A DNA stretch of 64,000 bases from Phoronis australis (taxonomy: Eukaryota; Animalia; Phoronida). Location: the NCBI GenBank assembly GCA_002633005.1, contig NMRA01000607.1, positions 62,001-126,000 of the forward strand, in the 5' to 3' direction. The notes below the pieces were generated by a model. The model ran no database searches, was not told where the DNA came from, and saw nothing but the letters and a program-made list of their open reading frames with translations. The translations under genes and the position numbers were made by a program. Below, one piece after another: positions 52,122-64,000 of the stretch (the stretch's first letter is position 1; each line of letters starts with the position of its first letter).

Positions 52122-52814
52122 ATGCTGCAAGACACTGCACTCGTGTTACTCGTCTTTTCATTGATGTTTAAGCAATACCATACTGACTTTCACATTGGTT
52201 CGCTAAATTCTCTTTCAAAACATAGCGTAATTCTTCCAAGCAAATGGCGCCGTTCTCTGTTTCCGTTCTCAATACGTGACTACAAACTCACCAGTGACAG
52301 TGAGAGACTCTTTAGATCACATGACCAGAACACATTTGCTATGCGCGTGCAACGAGACATTGCAAAGCCAAGAAAGGTAGTTTTACTAAATAGGCGTAAG
52401 CGCGAAAAAGAAGTTTCTGATAAAGATTTGGTATTTCCATTTCAAACGAACATTTGGCATGACGACCAGGCTACTATAGCAGAAGACGTAAAGCACATAC
52501 CTGCAAGACACGGGGTTGACGGTAGATATTTTCGCCATAAAATAAAGCGATCGACGCTAGCACTTTGCATTTTAATGTTATCAGCTCTGGCGCTCGCGCC
52601 AGTATTGACGTTTGTGTTCGTGAACGGATATTACAAATATCTGCCTTGCTTCAAATCGGACTACGAGGTACTCAAGCCGTATCTGGAGAAAAAAGACAAA
52701 ACACCAGAGGCGCCGCACGTTGAGGAAGACGCCAACCAGCTTGGCGATGAGTGGGAAGAGTTGGGGGAAGGTGAAGACTTCGGTGAAGAGTTCGGCGAAT
52801 ATGACGATTACTAA
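52122..52814 (+). CDS. Intronless single-pass membrane protein with acidic tail (gene TM-3, 230 aa)
   Basis: Signal-like MLQDTALVLLVFSLMF, RRKR and KIKR convertase-type sites, TM TLALCILMLSALALAPVLTFVFV, tail EELGEGEDFGEEFGEYDDY. AATAAA at 52840-52845. Confidence 0.75.
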   Translation: MLQDTALVLLVFSLMFKQYHTDFHIGSLNSLSKHSVILPSKWRRSLFPFSIRDYKLTSDSERLFRSHDQNTFAMRVQRDIAKPRKVVLLNRRKREKEVSDKDLVFPFQTNIWHDDQATIAEDVKHIPARHGVDGRYFRHKIKRSTLALCILMLSALALAPVLTFVFVNGYYKYLPCFKSDYEVLKPYLEKKDKTPEAPHVEEDANQLGDEWEELGEGEDFGEEFGEYDDY

Positions 52815-53849
52815 CCAATAGTTCATCTCCTGCTTTATCAATAAAATTGGATCTAAAAGAATGTGGAATTAATAGTTAAGAGCAAACTTTTTGACACATG
52901 CGCGTGACAGTCATATGCAAGGCAAACAAGGTCAAGCACCACGTGGCTAAAAGCGAGAAGGTCCAAAACTTATCTTCAATCTGAAGATATCCTTCCTACT
53001 GGGGTTGTTTATGCCATTTTTGGAGTGAAGACAGCTTCAAACATTCACCTAGCACAACATTCATTCGCAATGACACCAGGCATGCGCAGACGTTATTCAG
53101 AGGCTTCCATTCCTCCAACATTCATCGGTCAGTTGATCTATCGCCAGAATTTTGAGCGACGGCTTAACTGACCATTCAGAACGCAGCATTATTGACACAC
53201 CCTCGTTTCCAAGCCGCCATTTTACCCAACTAACAACACGTTGCAGGGTAAAATTCATTGTTTGTTAGTCGACATTACGCAAGGGGGCGGAGCTTGCGAT
53301 AGGTCAACTGCCCCACAACGAACATAGACCATCATTCAAAAATTTGACAAAACTCCTGTCTGGTAGCGATTCCATCTTGAAGGAGCTTGCCCATAAAGTA
53401 GGACTAGGCCCTACCGTTTGTTTTCCATCACGTCCACACATGTCTACCATCGTAACTTGGCGCAGATGGTCATGAAAACCTAGGAACTAAACACCGGTGT
53501 AGGGGAAAATGTTCAAGGTGCCGAGAAGGCGGTCAAGCCCGGTGCTTCTGGGAATAGGACGCTTAGTTAAAGAGCACAAAACAGACCCAGCAATTTTCAA
53601 ATAAAACCTTACAATAGGCTCTTCCCGGAATACCACAGGGCTCTCTGTGATCATATGGTATTTACCGACACTGTTGCGTTCCGTAGGACAGTTGCCTCGA
53701 AGATGTACTCTGCTGCCGCGATAATATCTGTTTTGTCATAAAAGTGAATTGCAATGCACGTAAGAAATTGCGTCAGGCGTGATAAATTGTTTTTAACGTG
53801 TGATCCGACCCGGCCAATTGTGTGTAAGCAGCCCAACATGTGAAAACCA

Positions 53850-54000
53850 GCCTCCCGTTCAATAACGCAAGGACCTCGCTAAAAAGCAAGACTTCGCGAG
53901 ATTACGTGAGAAATTGCCATGTATTTCAAATAAGAACACGTGACTTTGACTAGGTTTTAGCTAGGTCCTAGCGTAGGTCCTAGCGTCTACTGAACACAGC
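53850..54000 (+). mobile_element. MITE family A, copy 3
   Basis: Near-identical to 20836-20988. Confidence 0.85.
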
Positions 54001-54856
54001 GAGTCTTTCTAACTCCGGAACCTGTCGGATAGTTGACTTCAGTTAAGTTTGGGGCAGAGAGTACGTCCAACGTGCACGCGGACGTGTCGTACTAGTTTCA
54101 AGTTGGAACTGAAGAAATTGACATTCTTTTAAATTCCATGAAGTAACTAATTTTGCTTACACAGCACAGACTCATATTCACACTAGTAACGACAGTACAT
54201 GTACAAGTACATGTGTCCTAAACAGGAAAAGGAAATAACAAGAATAAAAACGGAAGTATTCCTCTGTAGACTACTGAGTTAACGCAGCTTGCTTTGTGTC
54301 CTTGCCGTGGCAACGCTAATCAATATTACTCTGGAAATGACTTCACAGACAGACAACTAAGCTATCAAAATCCAACAAAAGATGAGTTGACATAATGAAT
54401 AAAAAATTATTGAAGAAAATTACAACAATTTCCAACATTTATAGAAGCTGTACCTCGGAACGGACACAGAGATAACTGCGTTCAATCTTACCTTAAAACG
54501 AGTCATTTGGGGTTCGGATTCCTGCATCTGACTACTGAAACGTGGCTAACTTTGATCAGTGACGATTTACAATAACAATCATGCCAGTCAGTGAAGCTAA
54601 ACAGGGTTATGCGCCATGCGTGGATCTGTGTTATCACGAATAGGGGAAAGGTCGGGGAGTGGCAACGTTCCACTACGAGCAACGTTGACAGGCACGGATC
54701 TAAAGGGGTCCAGCATGCGGGATGTCAGACCCCTTGCTAAGCAATTATACAAGTAACTCTTAAGCCCATGTCAGAGCCCCCTCGTCATGAAAAATGACGA
54801 GTTCATGTTTGACACAGTGACATGGCATCTAGGAGAGAAAATAATGAAATACATAC

Positions 54857-57800
54857 GTGGACAATGGGTAGTATTACAGGTCTGCCAGTGTGTGTCATTT
54901 CCAGAGCAGAACAGCCCTCCGTAGGCAGGTACTGGATCAGAGCAGTTCCGCGTCCGGTTCATAATACCCCAGCCGCAAGCAGCCGAGCAGTTAGACCACG
55001 CTGACCACATTGACCAGTTACCATTAATTGGACACGGTGTAGAGCCGCACACTTCGCCTTCCGAGGTGTTACCGGAACAGTTTGACCCCCCGTGACTCGG
55101 AGCAGGGTTCGTGCACGTGCGAGTCCTGTTTCGTATTCCACCGCCGCACGTGACTGTGCACGCACTCCATTGGGACCAAGTGGACCAATTGCCGTTGACA
55201 GGACAGGGTGATGTGTTGCAAACGTCTACGTCAGAGCTATTACCGATACAGTCCATTCCACCATTGATTGGAGTAGGGTTCGTACAGTTTCGCAACCGCG
55301 TTCGGCTTCCACCGCCACAAGAAACAGTACACGAAGTCCAGTTTGTCCAGAGTGTCCAATTTCCGTTAACTGAAAGCATGTGAATACGGAAAAGTTCGTA
55401 TATCTAATGACTGCAGAGAGAACTCATGACGGTAGGACTCTTGAATAGCACAGACAAAGGTCACGTGACCCTCAAATGTACATGTGTGGGCAAGTTAAGA
55501 GGATCAAAGAGGCAGCAGCATACATGTATGTCTGTTTTGTGCATACTGACCTTCATGAAAGACATCCGCTGGTCAAATGGTCATCATCACTGACTTTCAA
55601 AAGGATAAGCATAGTTGCTGTGTATCAACCCAGTGCCTCAAGGGTAAAAGCGAATTTTCTACGTATTCAACACAACTTTGTTTTGGCGTGTAACATTTCC
55701 ATTTCAAACCTGTAAACTAATTCCTGTCTTCTGATAGTGACTTGTCTCAATGCCAGACTTAGTTTTAATATCCAATCAATTGAAACCACAGTTAGGACCC
55801 GTATCGTAATGTTGGACCTCGTGCCCCCTGACAAGGGTTTGTTGCTATGATAAATTTTTTTGGTTTTGAATTCGAGAGTACAGCGTTTTATGGTTAGTGT
55901 ATTCGTCTGCAAATGGAGATACAAACGTGCATTGTGGCACTTACCGGGACAGTGAGCAGTTGGGCAAACATCGCTTTCAGTGTCGTTTCCAAAACAGCTC
56001 CATTGTCGATTTGACTGATTGTCGCAAGTACGGTTGCGCGTGCGCCAGCCGCTGACGGCGCAGTCGCATTCTGTCCAATTCCCCCACGCTGACCAACCTG
56101 TAAGGAAGCAACGCTTTTGAAACAATTATTATCGTTAAAAACGATAAAAAAATCAACAACATCTGCTGAAGACATCCAATCCGACTGAACGTAACCGATA
56201 CAAAAAAATCCAAGTGATCTGATACTCGTCGCAACAGATGTGTACACGCCATTTTTCATTATACACGCACTGTACAACACATAACCACATTGAATTGTTA
56301 CAGAGGTGAGGAGCTAGAGATCTGACTGAAGGGTCTAGCAGTGTATTCACGAGCCCACAACATTGTACGCACAAGGAAGACACTCAACTATTAAAGCTAC
56401 ACTGAAAACGACCCCCTGTCACAATACGTGCTACGGAAAAGAACCATTACTACGGCCGAGGGCCTTTCAGTACTCACCCCCCAAAAGACTCTAATCATGC
56501 ACTGCAAGAAGTCTAATCTGATAAAAACCTTAACCACGCAACAATCTAAAGATGTAGGGTTAGTTGGGCCTACATGTATGTGTGCGCGGCGATAGTTCAT
56601 GGTCCCTGGTCAAGGAACTTTTTGCAATATGGCAAAACGGTTCCTGCAGTTCATGATTAGTATTGTGGGGGCGCTGCAACACTTCTGCACCCGAGGTAAG
56701 AGTTAACTCCGGTCGACCAAAACCCTGAAACACCCACCAGGACAGTTTGTAGTATCGGAAGGCAAGCCGACACAAAACTTTCCGCTAACAGACTCCGGAG
56801 AGGAGCAGTTTCTGAAACGCGTTGTGCTACTTTCACCCTGGCATGCAGCCCACTCGCTCCACTGTGTCCATCCGCCATACAAGAAGGTAGTGGCTACCAA
56901 TGGATCGGGCTCTGAAAAGAAAGATGTGGACAACGTCTAGACTGCAGACAAGTAAGAAATTATTACTACTTCTGACAGAGTTAGTCGTATTTTTGAAATC
57001 ACAGTTTTTCTTACTGAATGGTGTTGTTGTGTAGAGTCCGGTCTGTACTGCAATGCCTTGGTAGTTAAATACTCTGTCCTTACACGTCATCTTGTAAACT
57101 TGAATCCACTGGATGGATAGATCAATCAAAAGGAATCCAAAACACCCTATTGCCGTTTGATGACAGACAAACTATATATTTCTATAGGGTAAGCGTATAA
57201 ATACTCATTCTGTTTTTCTGATGCACTTGGAGGAAACATGTACAGGTGATGCAAACTGAATAATTCAAAGAAAACCTATTGTTGTTTCAGTTGCCTCATC
57301 GTACACCACGTAATTTAAACCTATGCTACGACAAATAACCCCGACAGCATAGAAATTTAGCCTGGCGAAGTTGATATTTGCATGTAAAGTATTTTTTATC
57401 GGCATACCATACGGGAAACCATAGACTTCCATTCTCAGAGATTTGTGGCCTTGGTATTGTAAAGGTCTCAGGCGAACATAACGGGCCACTAGAGGGAACT
57501 GCAATCGCTGAAAGACAGTTGTAGACCGATCCGAGTTGCCTTGGAACTGTAACCACGAAAAAATGTACCGGTTTTGAGCTTTGGTGTTTAGAATGCAGCC
57601 CTATTTAAACAACAACATATTCAATGTAAAACTTAATCATTTACCTCCGTGTATGTTAACAAAGACCAATTTTATCGATCAGTTGTCAGGCACAATGCCG
57701 GAAATGATGATGACGACGACCACGACGAGGTTGACCATCGCAGTGACCATCGCGGTGACCATGATGTTGATTATGATGCTAGTGAGTATGATGATTATGG

Positions 57801-60800
57801 TGAAGATGATGGCGGTGATGAAAACAAGGATGGTGATGATGTTGACAGTCGTGATGGTAAAGTTTGTCATGATGATGGCGGTGATGATGATGATGCACAC
57901 GATAATGATGATGGTTTAGATATAATGATCATGATGAAGATGATGATGGTGCTGGTGATGGTAATCACGATGGTGACGGTGGTTGTGGTGGTGGTGGAAG
58001 TATAAATAATAACAGTAAGATGATGCTCTGTTAAAGGTTAAGTTCAATTATAGAGTGCATTAAAACCACACGAAAATTACCTGTTTGCAAGAGCTGTCTG
58101 CTGAATTTTTGACACACTCGAAGAGTGACCCGTCCGTTGAAAGGAAAACTTCCAGTGATCTTACCCACTGATTCGTATTGCTTCTACCCTGGAATCAGAA
58201 GTAAAAAATTAAGAGACACATATAAATGGCGTTTGCGCAATGAGGCAGGTCGCACCTTCAGGAAAGTTCGTGTCTTGTACATGGTGGCAACAATGCCAAC
58301 ATGATAAGTACTACCGTTCGCCTCGCCATTAGGTCCATGGGTGTGTTTACGGAACTACGCTGATATGGCGCATGTGCCAATATGCGATCCACTTGGGTAA
58401 AAAGGCCCCGCCGTAACACGGTATGCAAAGAACCTTATAGGGGTTTAAATTCGAAACTTGGGCAAACGCTCCAATATGCGAACGACTTGGGTAAAAAGGG
58501 CCTATTTTGGACACAGGCCCATAGACATAAAAAACGCGGTAGAACGATACCTTTCTGCAGTCAAAATAGCTTATAAACATGCATAAGGTATGTACACGGT
58601 ATGTCAATAAAACAATTACACTACAGATGTCATTGTTCGTGATAATACATGAAACAATAAAACTCAGCTGTACAAATAGCGGTGCATAAAACTAGTAACC
58701 AACGCTCCTATTGAACACAAGGCAAAAGTCGGAAATTAAAGGAATACGAGGTCATCTTAGTATGAAATATATATCTACCCCATAGACACGCCAAATGTGT
58801 TATTTGAGCGATCAAAAATATCGTAACATTTCTAGTCTCACATTTTCTGTCCTTGAAAATGCGCTTTAGATCAACATTAAATTATTTTTGAAAACTTAAA
58901 TTGAGTGCTGCTTTGGTGGGTAAAAATGGATTCAAAAAGGTAAATAAAACCCATGTGCTCCATACCGACCTAACATAGAAACAAAAGGGTCGACGAAGGT
59001 TGATATGAGCCCACCGTGTGAATCGCATTACACGTACAGCGCATATAGAAGGAATGATTACCATTATAGCCTTCAGGGGGCGCATAGCAAGCCAGCAATG
59101 CTCTCCGTACAAGGAAACGCCTGCCTAATGACAAATTTCATTCTAGGTTTAAATAGAAGTCATAAATAAAACGAAAATCTGTTGTTGCACATTGTTACAC
59201 GTAGAGTGTACAACAACGTACAGGGTAAGCTGGCTCACTGTAGCAACAACAGACCTTTTCCCCAATTACCTTTGTTGCGGTTGCCGTGACAACCCAGTCA
59301 AGGCCGAGGTCAACTTGGACATAGTCACTAGGGTCACTTAAGGTTGCCGAGCACCACGCAATCCCATTGAAGGGTACTTGTACTGTAGTGCAATGACTGT
59401 GGAATGATGATGACGTGAATGCGCTGGTGGGAAGGCTGTGTAAGTTACGCGGTAGTTCACCTACAAAAATAATAGACGAATATCAAAGATATTAAGTATA
59501 AAATAACCAAGCTACAGGATGAACGGTCAAAAGGTTTATTAAACATTTTAAAAAGCCACACCTGAAAGCTAAAGCAAGGCTGAGGTTTTAATTCGTAATC
59601 GTTAATACATTAATAAACGTTATTGGGTGAAGTCGAAGGCTTAATGCTATGGCGTGTTCAGTAGAGGACGCTGTGCTGCTAACAAATGCACAGCGTGCGG
59701 AACAGTGACGAATGCGCACTCGTTGAGTCAGGATCGCGCTTAGTGTTTCCCATAACCATGTGTATGAACTTCAAGTGTGCAATATTTGCCAAACAGGTGG
59801 AAGTTAAACTTGATAAAACCCAGGTTAGTCAGATAATGTAAACACAACCTTAAGTTTTCTCCTCCCCACTAAATTGGCAATAAATGATTTGACAACTAGC
59901 ACGGCTTGATCTGCTGGCATTTCACAACTTCAAGTAACACGACGGTCGGTGAGAATGGATGGCGCGTGGCAGTACATAGACTATGAACAAAACGAATACG
60001 CAGAATACTGTAAGCTCCTGCAGCACAACGTTTATCGAAACCTCGCCAATCTAACATTCTTCAAAAAGGACAAATGAATAGAAATGCTTGCAGAAAACCC
60101 ACGAACTATTTTCCGGTCAAAATATAACTGGATAAGTTTTAGTTTTCTTGACACACCAATACCTGCGCCAATGCCTTTTGTCTTCATTTCCGTCCTCTTC
60201 AATGAGTATTGGTAACCCTTGAACGTCAACCAGTTGACGCCGTCCGCGAAAGAGTTGTGAGGGCCGTTTAGGTAAAGACCGTTAAGGTTGGACCTGTGGC
60301 AAAAATTATACCACCAGGCCCCTTTGAATTGTGTTGCGCAATTGGTAACACCTTCATCCTTAGTCGAAAATCGTTGGTTGTTATGGTACAACAAAGATTC
60401 ACCTAAAACGATTGTTTGCAGGTACAATAACAAGTACATGTAAAAACATTCGAATTAACTTGTTAATGCCAGTTCGACAACGGGTTCCTTAATGTTACCC
60501 CACATACAAACAGAAAGCACATGTACCGAGCCATTGGGAAGACCTCGGGTACTTTTGAACCTCAACATTCCTCTTGGAAGAGAACTTTCCCTGCGCAAGT
60601 CATGTGATATCTAAGCTGCATATGTGGGAGCATAAAAAGAGTTAAATTTAAATTCACGCTGTCAAAGACTTTCAGATAAAACTGCACTGTATTGGAAGAG
60701 ATGCCGCTTAGACATGATTTAAACACACGCACGACGAGGGGGTTTCATTCATGAAGAAATTGCAGGTTTTCGGGCCCCTTTAACGTTTAAAGCACACCTG

Positions 60801-62166
60801 ATTGTAAGTTTAGATTCTTTCTATATCGACCAAGCCTGCAAAATGTACATCGTATGTTGCTGGCTGTTTTGTTACATATACAACGGCCTGCATTAGTGTT
60901 TAAGTGATTGTGAGGTTTTATGTGAAGTACATGTACATGTACATGTATAGGGAGGCTGAGAACAGCACAGACAACGTCTTAAATACTGTTATTGTTTTGC
61001 ACTGATTTGGCGCAAGCTTACGTTTCTACTTTACCCGTTCACGAAATTGAAAATATTCTAGTTTTATAAACTGCAAATGTAACTGCCTGATCTTTGAATG
61101 ATTATCCACGAGACGGCGCCGTTGTCCAAAAGCTACGGAAAGGCTGCAGCTGAACGTGACTCCGTTACAAACTTGCATGTACTGACTATTGAATCAAAGG
61201 GTCATACTAGGCAAAAAGTGGGTTTTGCGCTGTTACGTTAACGCAACAATGTTGTTAAGCTACCTGCATCTCCCGAGTATCCGGCTACCGTGAGTTTGTA
61301 GAACGTGTCGGCAGAAGAAACGGCAAAGTTGTTGTATTTGGCAAACTTCGCATTGCCTTCAAAGTCTTGCATGTCCACTCGAAGTTCCATGGTTGACCCT
61401 TGACTCGTTAGACGATGGATGTTCTCGTTGCCTTCGAGCAAACAAAAAAACCAAAAGTTAAAATGTAACCACCTGTGCTCACCAAATATTTGCTTCAAGT
61501 TATTTCGCCCGCCATTGAAGTTTTAATTTCTGGTACTTATAAGGTTGTAAGTGCTCAAAAATTGCTTTGGGAAATTGTATATCTGAAAAACGAACTCCAG
61601 ACAGCTGACAGAAAAGTTCTGTGAAAAGACCTCATGGAATTTTTCTGACATCATTCCCAGACAACTCGAAGATACACAGAAATCAACACTGTAAATGCTG
61701 ACAATTTCTTTGTCATGTTTATAACTCTTTTCACTCATGTTTCAATGACACTTGAAGGGTGCAACCAGTTTGTTTTAGTTTACTACCTACCAGTGTTTGT
61801 CTATTATGGAAGTCCTAAGTGAAAAAATTGAAGGACACAAATTTCCTATTTAAGAATTAAAATTACCTCAGGACCAAAAATGAACTCAAATTCAGATTTT
61901 ATTTTGCCAGGACCTAATAATCTATCACGTCAAACCCAAAATTCAACACGTCGGGAAAGAAAATTTATCAACCCAGGACATAAAGTTTATCTTGCCAGGG
62001 CATAAAAATATCACGCCAGGACATGAAATTTCATGCCAGGACAAAATTTCATACAGGAAGACCACGTGACCATCCGAAAGCACGTGACGTGTGCGCCATT
62101 CCATTGAAGCAAGATGACTGAGATACATGTATGTAATCGGTTCACGAGTCCAAATGCATAGGCGGA

Positions 62167-62208
<42 letters not shown>

Positions 62209-63093
62209 TATGTGGTAATCAATTATAAGTCCTGACGCTATAATTGTGGGTCCTAACCTAATGAAATTTGTTCTTGAGTTGTTCTTCTTTAGTGAAAATA
62301 ATGTTTCGGTCTGTTTTCAATTCTTGAATGAGTGAAAAGTCTGTTTTTGGTTTTATTTTTTAGGCCCGCAGAGTAAAAGTAATGATTTGACATGTTTTAA
62401 ATCTTAAATAGAAAAATTGTGTCCTGGGATTTTTCCGCTTCGATATTCCACAGTTTATCCCCACATTGAAACCACTTACCTAACCAAAATTCTCCGTCTA
62501 AATTCCCGAAACCGGTCTTGTAACTTTCCCAATCAAGGTAAAAATCAACGCTTCCGTCCATTCGCTTTTGAAATACCTGGGAAGAACATACATGTATGTT
62601 CAAAAGATTTTTAAAGGTAAACTTTGATTTCAAGGCAATCGACAAAGCTGACAATTTGGAAATAGATTGATTCCAAAATATGACAGATCTCAAACTGGAG
62701 CTTTTAGTAGTGCTGCAAAAATGAATTCTACACATACAGGACTCCTCGGGTACATTTTAGCCTTATATTCCTTTCTGGGATGAAGTTGATCTGCACATGT
62801 GTAGGCTTCAATCATTCAGCAAATCATGTGACTTTAAATTGGAAAATGATTGGCCATCTACGCGCAACGTTCACTCCCTCGGAAAAAAATTGGGTGACGA
62901 AAATACCCGAGGTGTTCCGAATGATACTAAACTCGCAAAACTTGGTAAAAATGTATGAAAATTCCACGTACTGTCCAGCCTCCGCCGTCTGATTCCATGT
63001 CGCAGTAGACTCTCATTGGTCCTTTCTTGTCACTTGGTTTAATGACGTAGACTCCACTCTCAGTAGCACCTGCTTTGTAGATCGCCGCGCAGT
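54857..63093 (-). CDS. Extracellular mosaic protein: fibrinogen C-terminal domain (FReD) + F5/8 type C + 5 TSP1 repeats (both ends unresolved)
   Basis: In-phase GT-AG exons. FReD: 63093-62972 ([24 protein letters not shown]), 62576-62480 ([18 protein letters not shown]), 61431-61264, 60402-60163 (FSTKD..GAWWY..SNLNG). F5/8C: 59460-59270 (AWC..YVQVDLG), 58188-58081, 57546-57408 ([21 protein letters not shown]). TSP1: 56911-56738, 56097-55945, 55369-54857 (3 x [14 protein letters not shown]..R.R.C). Confidence 0.92.
57704..58000. repeat. Degenerate (GAT/GGT)n trinucleotide repeat, intronic
   Basis: GATGATGAC/GGT-rich tract between two F5/8C exons. Confidence 0.85.
62171..62205. repeat. G homopolymer (35 nt) after a GGCGGATTTA MITE-like end
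   Basis: Read directly; length may be inflated by sequencing or assembly. Confidence 0.7.
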
Positions 63094-64000
63094 CTGTAGG
63101 TAATACCGGTAGATTAAGACATCGACATTACCCTTCAATAATCGTTTTAATCGTGCATCAGAAACAAAATGCCACCGATTCTGTTACACACTGGCGACAC
63201 CTTTTGGTAGTACTTGGTAAGGATGTCCACTGTGCATACAGTATTACTACAACGAGTATTGTGTAGAAGCTCTGTGCTGGTGATGTATTGTAAAGTAAAG
63301 AAATTTGGACAAACTCTTGGCAGTACTGTTCATACAAAAAGCGTAGCTTCCAATGCCTGTCCACATAGCGCTTCGTCTGCAACACAGCTGCGCGTCGCCG
63401 CGACGACTAGTTGGAGCAACTCTACAGTACACATTTGGCGATTTGGTATTTACAGGCTTGGCAACTCGAAGATAGCTGAAACTTGACTGCCGCAGTTGAA
63501 CCATTGTGAAAGCCAGTAAGATCAATGAATTGGTTTGAAAGTCCCCGCTGTCACAGGAATTAGTCAAGGTTTTTAAAGGGGTGAAAAAAGAGACAAAGAC
63601 GTTGGAAGCGATATCCACCGAGCTAGTTACGCATGGGTGGGTAACATTTCAGAACCAATGTCAACGGCGTTATTTATTACTCAAATTGATTCTCTGTAAG
63701 ATTTTTAAGTATTGCCAGTTTTAAAGAAGAATTCTGGACTTTGAAACAATTCAAAATTGACTCCGGCAAAACTAAAGTCAGACATCTTTTTGCACGTGAT
63801 TCATGCACCGTCACGTTACTATCCATTCTATATATAAGTAGACGGGCGCGTGGTACGCACCAAAAATCACATTAACGCGCAAGTTTCTTTGAGAGGGCCA
63901 AACACTCTATAGGCACCACGACCCTAATGCACTTCTCCGGGTACTTACGGTCAGGGATTTGTGCGCATGCCTTCTACAGTAGAAGTTGTTTACTGAATAA

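Noticed and set aside
57581-58005. Met-rich, Asp-rich and Ile-rich ORFs suggesting an acidic biomineralisation protein
   Set aside because: All arise from an intronic (GAT)n repeat that lacks stops in several frames; no signal peptide or splice support.
63158-63992. ORFs and a 44-nt candidate exon (63992-63949) upstream of the FReD exons
   Set aside because: I could not build a phase-consistent chain to the phase-1 acceptor at 63093; the 5' end is left unresolved.

Overview
Eukaryotic, intron-rich DNA from an invertebrate animal; the gene content and repeats suggest a cnidarian or similar marine non-chordate (inference). From left to right the window holds: (1) the last 8 exons of cytosolic asparaginyl-tRNA synthetase (NARS1, +); (2) a convergent RAF/KSR-family pseudokinase (-) resembling the non-chordate KSR3 class; (3) about 28 kb with no recognisable gene, carrying MITEs and minisatellites; (4) two tandem tRNA-Gly(GCC) genes; (5) three intronless genes for unknown single-pass membrane proteins (signal peptide, pro-region, furin site, TM), each with a perfect TGACGTCA (CRE) less than 100 bp upstream of its ATG, with a fold-back Kolobok/THAP transposon relic between the first two; (6) a multi-exon gene (-) encoding fibrinogen, F5/8C (discoidin) and five TSP1 domains. 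Exon boundaries were read by hand from GT/AG sites and phase continuity. No database searches were run.
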